Source: Sphaerodactylus townsendi
Lineage: Eukaryota
Direction of reading: 5' to 3'
Assembly (NCBI RefSeq): GCF_021028975.2
Contig: NC_059425.1
Location: 41,416,001-41,480,000 of the forward strand
Length of the DNA: 64,000 nt
Made by a program: the position numbers and the translations under genes. The notes beneath the pieces are model-generated. The model saw only the letters and a program-made list of their open reading frames with translations, had not been told where the DNA came from and did no database searches. Shown in pieces: positions 48,673 to 61,204 of this stretch; the first letter of the stretch is position 1; each line of letters starts with the position of its first letter.

Positions 48673-49413
48673 GGTAAGGCTCTCTTTATTTGTATTTACT
48701 TACCAGGTCAGCTCTCTATTTTTTTTTTTTAAAAAAAACTTTTTTTAACTTAGCAAGTACACTTGGAATATACTATGAGATCTGAAAGAGGGTGCATCTC
48801 TACTGTAGTTGTTGTTTGCCTCCTACAAACACTCCCCCCTTTCCATCTACCTATTTTAGGAAATGGAGCAGAGGCATAGGAACACAGCCCAATTTGGTAC
48901 ATTCCTTCATAGACTCTTGTGATGCTTAACACTTTAACAAATGTTCACAGCTGTATTCAGTAAATGATTGTTTGGAAATGTTCAAATCTGTTACCATGGG
49001 GGGTTATGTCTACTAGACCTGCTGTGTGCTATAAATTAGGCCCAATTTAAACATGATACTGACAGCTAAGAAGAAGGTACATGTGTGGTATTGCATGCAC
49101 CTCGCATCTCATTGAAACTGAGTCTTCTTCTAGTACATAAGCTGTGTTAATGTGCCAGGCCAGTGCCTGCCCAAGCTATAAGACATACTTAGGGGTTAGG
49201 GGTTGGCAGTAGTTGGGTAGTACCATAAGTGATGGTTTTACCATAGATTATTTAATGTGTCCCAGAGAGGACCAACATTGCATCTTATTTTTACTGGAAG
49301 TGATTTCATTCCATTACTGAGGTTGATTGGAATTCCAGCAGGCAATGGAGGCTAATGAGAAAGATCTCCTACCTCAGTGGGTACTTAGTAACCTGATTAA
49401 GTGCACATGTATG

Positions 49414-49485
49414 CAGTGGTGTGATTTAAATAATTTAACAACCGGTTCTGCCAAAATGGTGCGAACCTGCTGAATCCCACTACTG
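49414..49485. mobile_element. 72-bp hAT-like mini-element
   Basis: TIRs CAGTGGTGTGATT / AATCCCACTACTG. Confidence 0.6.
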
Positions 49486-49624
49486 CACATATAGCAGCGG
49501 AAAGATCTGATTGATACTAGATAAGTATGCTGCTATACAAATAAGTTATTTGTTCCTATTCAAGTAAGATTTCAGCTAGGTCTTCTATCCCAAGTCTGAA
49601 AGTCAAATTGCAAGAGAAAAAGAA

Positions 49625-49850
49625 GAGCAGAAGAGTTTGGATTTATAACTTGCCTTTCTCTTCTGTAAGGAAACTTTAGACTGATTATAAACTCCTTTTC
49701 CCTTCCCCTCTCCACAACAGATACCTTGTGAGGTAGGTGGGACTAAAAGAGTTTAGAGAGAACTGTGCCTAGCCCAGGGTCACCCAACATGCTTCATTTG
49801 TTGGAGTGGGGAAACAAATCCAGTTCACCAGATTAGAGTCCACTGCTCAT
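49625..49850 (-). mobile_element. tRNA-derived SINE (Squam3-like)
   Basis: GAGTTTGGATTTATA...GTGAGGTAGGTGGG...GAGAACTGTG..TAGCCCAGGGTCACCCA...CCAGATTAGAGTCCAC. Confidence 0.75.
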
Positions 49851-50660
49851 GGTGGCCACAAATCTGACCCATAACTGCTAATTCCATTTTAAAAGCATTT
49901 CTAGTTCTTCAAAAATTGCCATAACATCATAATCCAGGAGTTCTTGCTTACCCTCCTCCATATCTTTTAATGTGTTGAAACAGTTACGAGTAGATATTCA
50001 GACAGTAGCATTTCCTTACACACTGCCAGTCATATGCAAAAAATTGAGGTTTGCCTGAAGCCTATTATATTGAAAAGATTATGAAGAATGGAAGAGTGTA
50101 GGCCAGGCCTATCTGTCTCTGTGGCAGGGCCAGGCCTATCAGTCCTTTATTTCCTGTCCATACATGCCAGAACCTCTGCATCTTGTGCTGCTAATGGGAT
50201 TCAGGAGGCAAGTCAACTATGAGAATGTCTACAGAATAATATCCATCAACATATATTTTACATTTCAGGTAATTTTTGTTCTTATAGAGAAGCACTGCTT
50301 TCCTATTTGGGGCAGAACTGTGGTCAAGAGAACATGGACTTCAGATTTGAGGGAGAGGGTTTTACAGAGCACAAGGCTTCCTTTCCCCAAGTGAGCCTGA
50401 ATGGACCTCGTTCATCTTCCCAGTAGAGCCTGCTTTCTGTTCCCTCTTTGAAACAACCGGGAAAGCTGAAACTTGGGCAAGAATGAACTGCCAAATAATG
50501 TGAGAGTTGTTATACATTTACCCCCTTTGCTACACACTCATCCCACCATCTTGGGATCTCAGTTTACCTGCACTTGGACTGCCAGGAGCCATTCTAAAAA
50601 CCAAAAATGGGAGTTCTGTATCCCTTATCTAAACTAGCGCCATGAGCAGAACTGAAGTAC

Positions 50661-50977
50661 TGTAAGGAATTCCAAAGAGCAGAAATAAAAGGCTTTTGGA
50701 TGTAAGACCGTTTATTCAGACATCTTAGAAAGCACACACACACGACATGACAGGAATGAGACCTCCCGCCCAAACTACAGGTTATAACGTACTCAATCCC
50801 TTCCCCCTCCCTGGGCCATCCAGGCCCATCTCATGGGAACGGAATGCTCATCTTGGACAGCAAGATGGCTTAGATCCACCAAGGTTGTTACCCGCCCGAT
50901 TCTGGCCCGCCCTTGGTGGGGCATTCCGTCAAGACCGGGTGGCTGGGAGAGAAACAGGCAAAACTGCCATCCTTACA
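50661..50977 (-). repeat. 3' LTR
   Basis: TG...CA termini, homologous to 55796-56107, minus-strand AATAAA at ~50711-50716. Confidence 0.95.
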
Positions 50978-50989
50978 CTCTGCTTCCCC
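50978..50989 (-). promoter_or_regulatory. Polypurine tract
   Basis: Minus strand GGGGAAGCAGAG directly abuts the 3' LTR. Confidence 0.8.
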
Positions 50990-50999
50990 AGAAAACCTC

Positions 51000-53900
51000 C
51001 CGGCATCAGGAAGGCTTTGTTAAAAGAAGCAGAAATGGGGAGGGGCATCAATATTTTCTGTATATACCCATTGAGTATGGCCAGAGGGATAGCCAACCCA
51101 TGAAGACTAGATACTGTAGACGATTGCGGAGAAGCGGGAGTCCAGAATAGCATCTATTTCATAGTGCTTGTGGCCATCAATTATAACTGGCCGGGGTGGC
51201 TCCGGAGGGTGCGTGCCAAGCATCTGAAGCAGGAGCCTCAGCAGGCAAGCTGGAATGAAAAGGCTGGGATGAATGTTACTTAATGAGTTAGAGCAGTTCC
51301 AAGCGAGCAGTAACATCATTGATCACCTTTGTAATCCGAAAAGGGCCCACAAATTTCTTGCCAAGTTTTGAATATTTGTGCACGTCTCTAAGGTTTTAGT
51401 GGACAAATAGACCCATACCCAACCGCATAGGGAAGTCTGAAGCGGCAGCTGTCCGCCTGACAACTTTGTGATTCTTGGGCCTGCTGTAAGGTAGACTGCA
51501 CTGTTTCCAACCCTATTGTGAGATCCATTGTTTGAATTCTGGAGGCTGCAGTACCTCTGCGGGCAGCTGGGGCTGTGATTGGAAAGACCGATGAAACAAT
51601 CTCGAGAGCGGGGTCTTTTAGGTGCTACTATGAATAACGTTGTTATCACATACTCTGCAAAAGAGGTAAATCGCGCAATTGTCCACAATGTGCATTAGGT
51701 ATAACAAGCAATAAATACTGTTCTAACGTTCTGTTAGATCCCGTTCCTGATTGGCCGTCACTTTGAGCGTGGTAGAGGCGGCGACAGCTGGGTGGTTCCC
51801 AACAGCTCCAGGAAAGCCTTCAAAGGCTTTAGATATGAATTGGGGACGCTGATTCCGGATACCACCAATACGGAAGGTGTGAAGCGATAGATATGTTGGA
51901 TAAACAACTGGAGCCAGTTTAAGGTGCCCGGCGGGATGGTGGTGCAAGGAATGAAATAAGCCTGTTTGAAAAAAAGATCCACCACCACCCATAAAACGGT
52001 GTTCCGATGGCTTTCCACGGCAAATCATTATAAAATCCATGGAAATGACCTGCCAGAGTCCGAGATGCAACTGGGAGGGGTTTTAATAACCCATGCGGCT
52101 TCCAGTTATCGACTTGGCTTCCGCACAGGCGGAACACTTGCTGATGCTCGTTTCCAATGTCTTTAGCATGGAAGCGCCACCAGAACTGTCGGCCAGACCC
52201 AGATGCAACGTTTTGAAAACCCAGTGCCAACCTGGCCGGGCATCGCGACACATTCGAGAACCTGCTTCCGGAGGAGAGGAGGGCGATACCAACACCCTCC
52301 CATTTCAAACACCACCCTCTAAAATGCAGTTGTGAATCTCCTTCCTCCGCCCGACAGTTAGCGGAGCCCGCCTCTGAATCCCCGGAGGAAGGGAAGGCGA
52401 TATTAGGATGAATTACGGTGGGGAGGAACGCCGTAGTTTGTGATTGGGTGACCGCTAATCCCAGCTGGGAGGGAGAGCGATGCGTGGGATGTCTCGTATG
52501 TCTTCCCCAGGGGAGGCGAGACAAGCGCATCAGCCAGTTTATTGCTTTACGGGGAAGAAATGGACTGTGAAAGAGAACCTGGAGAAAAAATCATTGCGCC
52601 AATTGTTTTGCAGACATTTTGAGTGGAGTGGATAGGGGCAACCAGATTTTTGTGATCTGACCAGACCTGGAAAGGGTGTTTGGCTCCTTCCAGCCAATGG
52701 CGTAAACACTCAATGCAGCTTTGATAACTGCGGTCTCCTTATCCCCACAGTCCAATTTAGTTCAGCCCCAGAAAACTTTTTTGGACAAGTAAGCACCTGG
52801 TACCAATTTGTTATTTTATTTTTTCTGCAAGAGGGGCAGCCTAGCGCTTTATCGAAACATCCACATGCGATGAAAGGAAGATCTGGGTCTGGGTTACTTA
52901 AATTGGTTCCGTAGTAAAAGCTGTTTTTAGTTGCTGGAATGCTGACTAGCATTCTTGAGACCAGAAGAGGAGCTCGGGTTTAAATACTCTGAGTCTTTGC
53001 CTTTGTACATAAAGAGATCGGTGGTATTGAGCAATTTCAACCAAATCGGGGAATAAAGTCACAGTAGAAATTGGCAAAGCCTAGGAAGGATTGCAGTTCC
53101 TTCCTGTTGGTGGGGGCAGGCCATTCTCAGTCACAAGCCTTTATTGGCATAAAATAAACATACAAAATCAGCATACAAAATTTGCCCATTATTGCTCACA
53201 ATTATAGACACTGGTACTAAAATACTAAATACTAAAATATATACATGGTCCTTCTGTAACTATAGGACATTCCTTCAGCTAAGTTAACTCACTTAAACGT
53301 CATCGGATACTGACAGAAGCCTAGGAAGGATTGCAGTTCCTAGTTGAATGGTTGCAGTTCCTAGTTGAATGGCAGGCCATTCAATCACTGCGGCTATTTT
53401 AGCTGGGTCCATTTCCAAACCCTCATGAGAGATTCGATACCCCAGATAGTCTATGGAGGAGCGATGGAAACAGCATTTTGACAACTTGACAAAGAGGGAG
53501 TTATCTAGTAGACGTTGTAAAGACTTCATTACTAGTTTCTCATGCTCCTCAATGGTTTGTGTGCGGTAAATTAATACATCATCTAAATATACGACCACCT
53601 TTATATAACAGATCTTGTAAAACTTCGTTGATAAAGGGCCATGAAGGCTCCCTGGGGCTCCAGCTAATCCGAATGGCATTATTAAATATTCATATTGTCC
53701 AAACTTTGTGAAAGCTGTCAAGTGTTGCGTGGCCTTCCATAATCTGGACTCTATAATAAACCTCTCTCAAGTCCAGCTTGGTAAAGATTAATGCCCAATG
53801 CATCCAAGAGGTCTTTAATTAAGGGGCAAAGGATACTTGTTTGGATATGGACACAGCATTCAATCCGATAAATCAGTACAAAGTCTTAACAGACCATCCT

Positions 53901-54578
53901 TTTTCTTAACAAATAGAACAGGCATGGGTATGTTTGTAACTCGTCATTATGAATCCAGCGAGCAAGTTTTTTTTATCTAAGAGAGCGGAGTTCCTTCTCC
54001 CCAGTGGGAGCTCATCGATGGGTCTACCTTTGGGTAGCTGAGCTCCGGGTTGCAGTAAGATTTTGCAGTCAGTATCCCTATGGGGAGTGGTGGTCGCACT
54101 CCTGTTCTTGAAACACTCTGGACAAGTCTCGATCGCCTCACGGGATTTCCGCGGGAACAGGAATGGAACAATACATTTTAAAACTTTGGGACCCATGAGT
54201 TCGTTCTCAGTGAGAGGTGGACTTTCCTCCCGTTCATGTGATCTCCACAGAGGGGGATCCGAGGGTGGAGGGATCCGCTCTTTCCATATGATGGTTGGAT
54301 TGTTGTAAGAGCAACCAAGGCATGCCTAACACAATAGAGTGTTTGCTTAACAGGAGCAAGGATGAAACTTATTTTCTCCCAATGAATTACGGCTGAGGAG
54401 AAATACTGGCTGGGTTTGAAACGTGCGGACCTTCACGCCCCCTAGAGGAGCTACCATCCATTTTGGGTGAAGGGAATGGGTTTCACCAAGGGGACTTCGG
54501 TCTAAACCAAGTTAAATTGACCACTTGTGGTCTCATGAGACAGTGGGAACAGCCCGAGTCCACAAGTGCGGAAGCCAG
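51000..54578 (-). pseudogene. pol: Frameshifted pol: protease, RT, RNase H, integrase, chromodomain
   Basis: ALVDSGCS (~54545-54570); TAFTKFGQYEYLIMPFGL and VVVYLDDVLIY (53293-53721 ORF); [19 protein letters not shown] (~52645-52700); WQVISMDFI and VVVDLF (~51975-52055); PVIIDGHKHYEIDAILDSR (~51135-51195). Confidence 0.92.
53127..53316 (-). mobile_element. AT-rich LINE-like 3'-UTR fragment inserted in the Gypsy RT
   Basis: Ends TGCCAATAAAGGCTTG on the minus strand; flanked by duplicated RT sequence AAGCCTAGGAAGGATTGCAGTTCC. Confidence 0.5.
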
Positions 54579-54580
54579 AA

Positions 54581-54639
54581 TGTAAGGAATTCCAAAGAGC
54601 AGAAATAAAAGGCTTTTGGATGTAAGACCGTTTATTCAG
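54581..54639 (-). repeat. Internal 59-bp copy of the LTR U5 end
   Basis: Identical to 50661-50719. Confidence 0.92.
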
Positions 54640-55600
54640 GGGAGAGAAACTGTAGGCGCGCGGGAGAAGGTGTGGGCGCTGTCTGGAGCCCTTGCCAGTG
54701 TAGCCCGCTGCCTTGCATAAAATCCCCTGTTCCAGGTCGGTAACTCCCTTTCCTTAGCGTGTTAAAGCGTCCTAGATGCGCATGCAAGGCAGCCCTTTCA
54801 CGATCCAATTTGCTCGTTCATCTACGTTGTATGGCTGTAGTCAGTTCATTCTGTGTTTGGATGGCCCTGATGCTCGCACTGGCGTTGTAAATCCATTTTG
54901 ATTGATCCAGTACCTTGTCATGAACTGTCAGATTCTGCTGGAACTGTTGGCCTTAGCAGCTTCTCTTCGCGATCCAACTCCATTTGGATTTCTTTGCGTT
55001 GCTTCTCGCGGTCCATTGCAGATTTTTAGCTCCTCTTCCCAGAGTTGGCCTCGCTCCCAGGCAAGTTTGGCCTTTACTCACAGCAGGGGCCACTTCATCA
55101 TCCCAACTTTCGCCGAGGGGCGGTAGAGGCAGGTCAGGGGTCGGATTAAGTTCCATCTCAGGCGGATTTCTTTCAATTCCCTCCGACCGCTCCACGAAGC
55201 TCTTCCATCCAGCTCACTTGCTCCGGCTCTGGAGCCGCCAGTTTTAGTATGGAACCCTCTACCGATCATGCGACCCGACCCAGCGTCATTGTTCCAGCCT
55301 CAGCCGTAGTCTTGGGGCTGGCCCGGTACTATGCCACTGCTGCTCCTTGGGGATATCATCAAAGTACTTGTCGAGGAATCTTCGATGGATTCTAGGTGTC
55401 AGCATGGATGGTCGTTAGTCCCAGTTCCTCAGGGACTGGTTGCATTTGGGTTTGTAATCCACTTTCGCTGGCCGGAGGGAAACGAACGGTGCGACAGGCG
55501 CCGATCCATGGACAATGCACCAAGCGTTTCATGCATCTCCAGCGATGGGACCCACCTTGTTCATCCCAATGAAACAGAACGAAACTTGTACTGTCTCTAG
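54640..55600 (-). pseudogene. gag: Frameshifted gag region
   Basis: Lies between the 5' leader and protease; fragments such as LQWTARSNAKKSKWSW; boundaries approximate. Confidence 0.55.
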
Positions 55601-55783
55601 GTCTGGAGAGAGTCACCAGCAGAGAAATCAGACCATCTCCATCTCCTGGATCCGCCGGAATCTGGAAGGGAAGGCTCGAAGCCCTCTATGGAACTGTCGT
55701 GCCTTCCACTATGGTCAAACACCTCCAATCTCTGCATGTGAAACACAGAGATCCACTTCAATGTAACAGTGAAGGTTAAAGTG

Positions 55784-55795
55784 ATTCCTGTCATG
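55784..55795 (-). promoter_or_regulatory. Self-priming primer-binding site
   Basis: Minus strand CATGACAGGAAT directly follows the 5' LTR and is complementary to LTR-internal ATTCCTGTCATG (55887-55876); it lacks the TGG start of a tRNA PBS. Confidence 0.85.
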
Positions 55796-56107
55796 TGTAA
55801 GAATTTAAAAGAGCAGAAATAAAGGCTTTGGATGTAAGACCGTTTATTGAACATCTTAGAAAGCACACACCGCGACATGACAGGAATGAGACCTCCATGC
55901 CCAAACTACAGGTTATAGCATTACTCAATCCCTCCCCCTCCCTGGGCCATCCAGGCCCATCTCATGGGAACGGAATGCTCATCCTGGACAGCAAGATAAG
56001 CCGTCCACCAAGGTTGTTGCCGCCGATTCTGGCCCGCCGCCCGGGTGGAGGCATTCCGTCAAGGCCAGGTGGCTGGGAGAGAAACAGGCAAAACTGCCAT
56101 CCTTACA
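55796..56107 (-). repeat. 5' LTR
   Basis: TG...CA termini; TATAA at 55917-55913; Inr-like TCATTCC with A at 55887. Confidence 0.95.
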
Positions 56108-59100
56108 AGTACTGGGTGCCAAGGGGTTTGATCCAGTAATACTTTACCATGACAATGACAGGATGCCCAGAAAGCCAGAATTGATCTGTTGATTCTATTT
56201 TTCCTCTCCTCTATCCATCAGAGTAAAAATTTCAGCCCTTCTTCTTGCGTACTTCAATTACATTAATGTATCCATCACAAAGACTATAACTTGCCTTCTG
56301 TCATTCAGCAAATGGTGCCAGACAGAATTGTTTAGGGGGGCCTTTGGCTGAATTTGGGATGGGGGTTGGAGGGGACTTGTTTTGCTTTACGATTGTTGAT
56401 TTTAACTTATGCTATGTGTAAACCAACTGGAGTTTCCATCGGAAAAACTGTATATAATTATACTAAATGAATCAGACCTCTTCCACAACTGGGCTGTTCA
56501 ATTTGAAAGGTTGACAACATTATTTCACCTTTGATCTGTGGAAAGGAATTCAGTTTGTTGCTGGTTATTATGCACAGGTGAGGAAAACTGTACCTACTAA
56601 CAGAAATCCCATTTTCTTCAGCTCACCTGTTCTAGATATTTTGTTCCTAACAGTATCCAAAAAGGAAGAAATGAGTAAATGTGCTTTATGGTATTAGTTT
56701 CATATTAATGATGGGGCACAGAGCAAATCAGAGAGGTGTATCTACATTATTATTGTGCAGCATCTAACACTGACCATTTTCAGACACAAAGCCTGTCTGA
56801 GAAAGATGTTCACTTGGCACACCTTATTTTTGATTGTTCCTTAACAATGAAGTTCCTCAGAGACTGAGATGAATGTCAATGAGATCGACAGAAGCAAATG
56901 ATGGAGGAAGCGAGGATGGTTATCCTAAGGAAAAAGGAAGATTAAGGCTTAGTAGGCAAAGAGGGATGTGATGGCAATTAGGAAAGGCTCTCCAGACTGT
57001 CAAGGGAAACTGATGTTCAGTTCAGAGCAGCTGTTAATAGTCATGCCTGGCTGAGATTTGTGCTTTGACTGTCCAGGTAATGCTAGCTTCAAGAGCACTG
57101 CAACAGAATATCAATATCCACAAGAGAGGATCACTAGCTGTCACAGCACCAGTCTGCGAAGCTTCTGTAAGCTGATTTCTTGCAGAATCTGCTTCTCTTT
57201 CCACTGCCATTTGGCTAGTGTGGTTGTTTCACAGGGAAAATGTCTTTTCAATACTTGGGTTTTTTTTAAAGGGTTTGTATGTACAGCTTTTGATCTCAGG
57301 TACTTGTCCTCAAAGAGGATATGGTAGACTTGAGTGAAGTGCAAATTTCCTTTGTCACCTTAAAGAACCTTGGCAAATGCATTACAGTGACAAATGCATT
57401 ACAGTATTCACTGTCACTGTCCAGGCAATGAGACGTTACTGTAGTTCCAGTTTCTCAGTGTCTGTGTGACAGAGAATCCAGTTTGCTAGGCGCTGGATGC
57501 ACTGAATATATCAAAATAAATAAAGAGGCAACCTGTGGTCTTGAATGTTTTCTTCAAGCCAAGAAAAATACCAATAAGCAGAGCTTGGCTAGAGATAGTT
57601 TTATTGTAGAAATTTTACCTCTGTTTCTGTAGAGTTACTGCTTTGCATTCCCTACTCTTGAATATCCACAGATAGCCTGCAGTGTGTCAGGCAGCCCAAT
57701 CCACAGAGGTCCAGTGGCCTGGGACAGCATCGCTCCAACACCTTCTCCAGAGGACTTCCAGGCAGCACAAGGAGGCAATAAAAAGGGGAAAAAACACGTT
57801 CACCTGAAAAGCCCTCCTTGGGGCTGAACAGGAAGCCTGAAGCCTGTGCTAAAGTGTTCCCAGTTCGAAAGCCTGAGTGCAGAGGCTGGGTGCAAGGTGG
57901 AAAGTGCCCGGTGCACTGGTGCATCCTCCACCTCTGTCCCGCACCAGAATGACGTTGTCCTGCCCCAGAACGCCCCTGCCATGCCCTTGCCACATCTCCA
58001 CAGGGGCGCGTGCCCGGTGCATTGCACGCGCCCTTCCCCCTTGGAGCTACACCTCTGCCTAAGTGGAAACCGACTGATGTTGGCTCCACCCCCAGGAATG
58101 CCCCAGCCATTCCCCACATCAGTGTCCTCTCAGATGCCAGCATAGCTCCACGGTGGTGCCCACATCTGGGTTTGGCTGCCACAGAGCTGTGGGGCACCTA
58201 GATGTTGCCATTTTTGCCCCCTCCACTATAATGGGTGCCCTTAAACAGCCGGAGTGGGTAAATGTGCTAGCGCGGCCTTCTGCTGCTTCCAGACATCATT
58301 TCGACCTCACATCTGGATTGGGTTGTTAAATCCATTGGGTTTTCAAAAAACTTTTGAATGTACAGAGTTCTGTTTTTCTCCCCTGAATTAATGCAGTTGC
58401 TCAAACTGTATGCAGTGGAATTACGGATGGTACATATAGCTTTATATTACAAAATTGGTGATTGTTGTTCAGGGTTTCTTTCTAATTGCTTTGTACGCTG
58501 CACACTGCATGGCAAAAACAGAATAAGAAGTTGTATCTGCATGTGAACATGTATGCAAACTGTTGTGAAAAGTACTTTATTGAGGTTTAATAACCCATAG
58601 GTCATTTACCAACAGAATTTAAGAAATAGAAATAACAACATTTAGCTATGAACTGTGCAATTTTTACTATAGCCACCACATAAAAATAACCTTAGTTTGT
58701 GAACATCTGAAGCATCGTAGTCACTTTGCAAGAAATTTCTCCCTCGCAATGGCATGCTTTGGACAATTAAAAAAAACCCCTGTGAAATAATGAATCATTC
58801 ACTAGTAAGGGACAGTCACGAAGACACTGTTCTGGTAGCATCTTAAGGAAACGACATTAGTTTGAGCTATAGGCAATGCATTGTAGTGTGCTGTCATGTA
58901 CAACCACCTCAATTTGCAAACTGTCAGCATACAAAAGTAGAGTGGGAGTTCAGTCAACTGAGTATTTCTTTCCTGCATAAAACAAAGAACATTTCCTTCC
59001 AACACTTTTAAGCAAAAGGTCCCAATCTTGTCTGAGAAGTTGCTCGGAAATTAGTCCTCTCTTCCTCTCTATTAGACAGTTCAAAGGCCTCCATGAGCTC

Positions 59101-61204
59101 AGTTGAGCAATTTTGTTATCCATAGCTCTGTTCTATGAGTTCCAGCATTGCCAGTGGGCTGCTAATCAATTAAATACCAAAAGATATTCAACACTGAGCA
59201 GCCTAAACTTGTCATTAATAATGGCTTTCCAATGTCAAAGTTGAAATCTTTGGGAGACCCATTACAAACTGTATGACTGATGAATCTATACACTAGGGAT
59301 CCCCAAAGTAGGTGGAACTGCCCTCCTGGGGGGTGGGGCTGGAAACATCAAGGGGGGCAGTGAAAAATTTGAAGGCAATAGGGGGGCATTGAGAAATTTT
59401 GGGGCAGTGAATTTTGTGATGGTAGGGCCCCTGCTGCCCTGGTCCTGGCCTCAACCCACCAGTCTCTATGGAGGCAGAAGACACAGAAGATCTCACCCCA
59501 GAGAAGCGAGCAGTGGGCTGGCAGCCTTTGCTTCTCACTGCCTTGGGTCAATTTTGCCCGTCAAAATTGCTCTGTGGCTTACCTGAGGAGCATACCTGCT
59601 GCAAGAGAATCACAGCCTCCCGTTCATGGCGCCTGCACATGCTGCTTTTCTGCTCAAGGTTTCTCCCTCCTTTCTAAACAGCAAGGCTTCTCCTTCTGGG
59701 TTTTTTCCACTGTGTGGGGGGTGTCACCAATTCTCAGTGCCTGTCCATTGGTGGAGTGGGCCAGAGTGGCAAGGTAGAAAACTGGCTCCAGTTCTGCTAT
59801 GGAGGAGTTTTGCACAGCGGTGGAAGCCTCTGGAGCAACAAAGGGACATTTCAAAAGAACCTCAAACTTTGCGGTTCAGGAAATTTGTGGATCAAACCCA
59901 ATGCCACGGGGCGGCTTTAGGGCAGAAATGTGGCAGCCATGCTGCAGCACTGGGGGCAGTGCAAAACTCCCGATTGCATCGGGGCATTCCCCATGCCAAC
60001 AGAGGAGCAATTTCGGCATGCGAAATCGGCCTTGGACTGCTGCTCAGCCACCTCTCCCCCTCTCTGCTGCCACCAGCTGGCCACCCTTGGCTCAAGCGTT
60101 TGTCACTCCACCCACCTCTCCCCCAGGCTCAAAGGCAACCCTCCTGGGATCTTGTGTGCATGTGAGGGCAGTGAGTGCAGCAGCATACTGCATAAAGGAT
60201 ATGCATTTGAATGTACATCAGAATGAGTCTTGCATTGTGAGCAATATGTGATGTGCATTCTGATGGATATTCAATATGCCTTTCTCCTTTCTCTTCCCTG
60301 CATATTCAGCCATTGTACATTTTCTCCCACGTTTCCCTGATAAAAACTTTAATCAGATAGAATCAGGCACAAAGAAATCTAGGTAGTTTGTTTGCACCAG
60401 GAGGGCAACAATAGTTGCATCAAAAATCAACCCTGGCGGAATATTGATTTCAGGATAACCTTCATGTCAGCAGGCATAAACTCCAGTGCTACATTTTGAA
60501 AATAAAATGGAGCCATTAAGTCTAACATGGTGACTTTTTTGGGGGCCCTTGTTGAAGTACTCTTACAATTTGTCCGGGAGATAGCAACTGACCCAGAATC
60601 TCACAGTGACCTTCACACCTGATCAAACCCTGATCTCTCCAAACAGCCTCACATGCTTTTAGGTACACTGCACTGAGGTTGATCATATGTCCTGGGCACC
60701 ATTAATCCATGTGCAGAGATTTAGAAAAAAATGTATTCAGGCATCAACCAGAAACATGAGATTTAAAACAAAATGCAGTGAGCCTGATGTACGATTGCAT
60801 TTGATGTGGCTAAATTGTTTATTGACCGCATTTTTTGGTTGCTTGAAATGAGCTGTAATGGGCTTTATTCACTCAAACTGAATCATAATCTGGAACAAAA
60901 CATAATGAAAAGCTATAAACTCTCCTGGGGTTGGGTGGTTTTTGTTTTTGGCTAATAATTACATTAGATGTGGAGGATCAAGAAGAAAAGAAGCTAATAA
61001 GGTCCAAAAGAGGAAAAGGCAATGAACTAAATTAGGAATACATGACACTTCACAGAAGGAGTACTTGGTGAGTTACCTCCCTTCATGTAGAATGGGAAGA
61101 TTATATATCTTCTCATATTGCAGTCTGTAGAAATGTATATATTCTTGGGGAATTTAGGAGAACAGAAGAAATCCTGACCTATTTTGCAACTATTAGCCCT
61201 TTTG

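Larger units (their letters stand above)
50661..56107 (-). mobile_element. Full-length Ty3/Gypsy LTR retrotransposon, chromovirus (Tf1/sushi-like)
   Basis: Two ~315-bp LTRs (TGTAAG...CTTACA), exact 5-bp TSD AGTAC, PPT, domain order gag-PR-RT-RNaseH-IN-chromodomain. Confidence 0.96.

Noticed and set aside
49189-49204. TTAGGGGTTAGGGGTT telomere-like motif
   Set aside because: Only two non-canonical 7-mers.
57652-60251. Several 100-180-aa ORFs in GC-rich patches
   Set aside because: Probably decayed GC-rich DNA-transposon derivatives; no domains seen, and termini/TSDs could not be defined.
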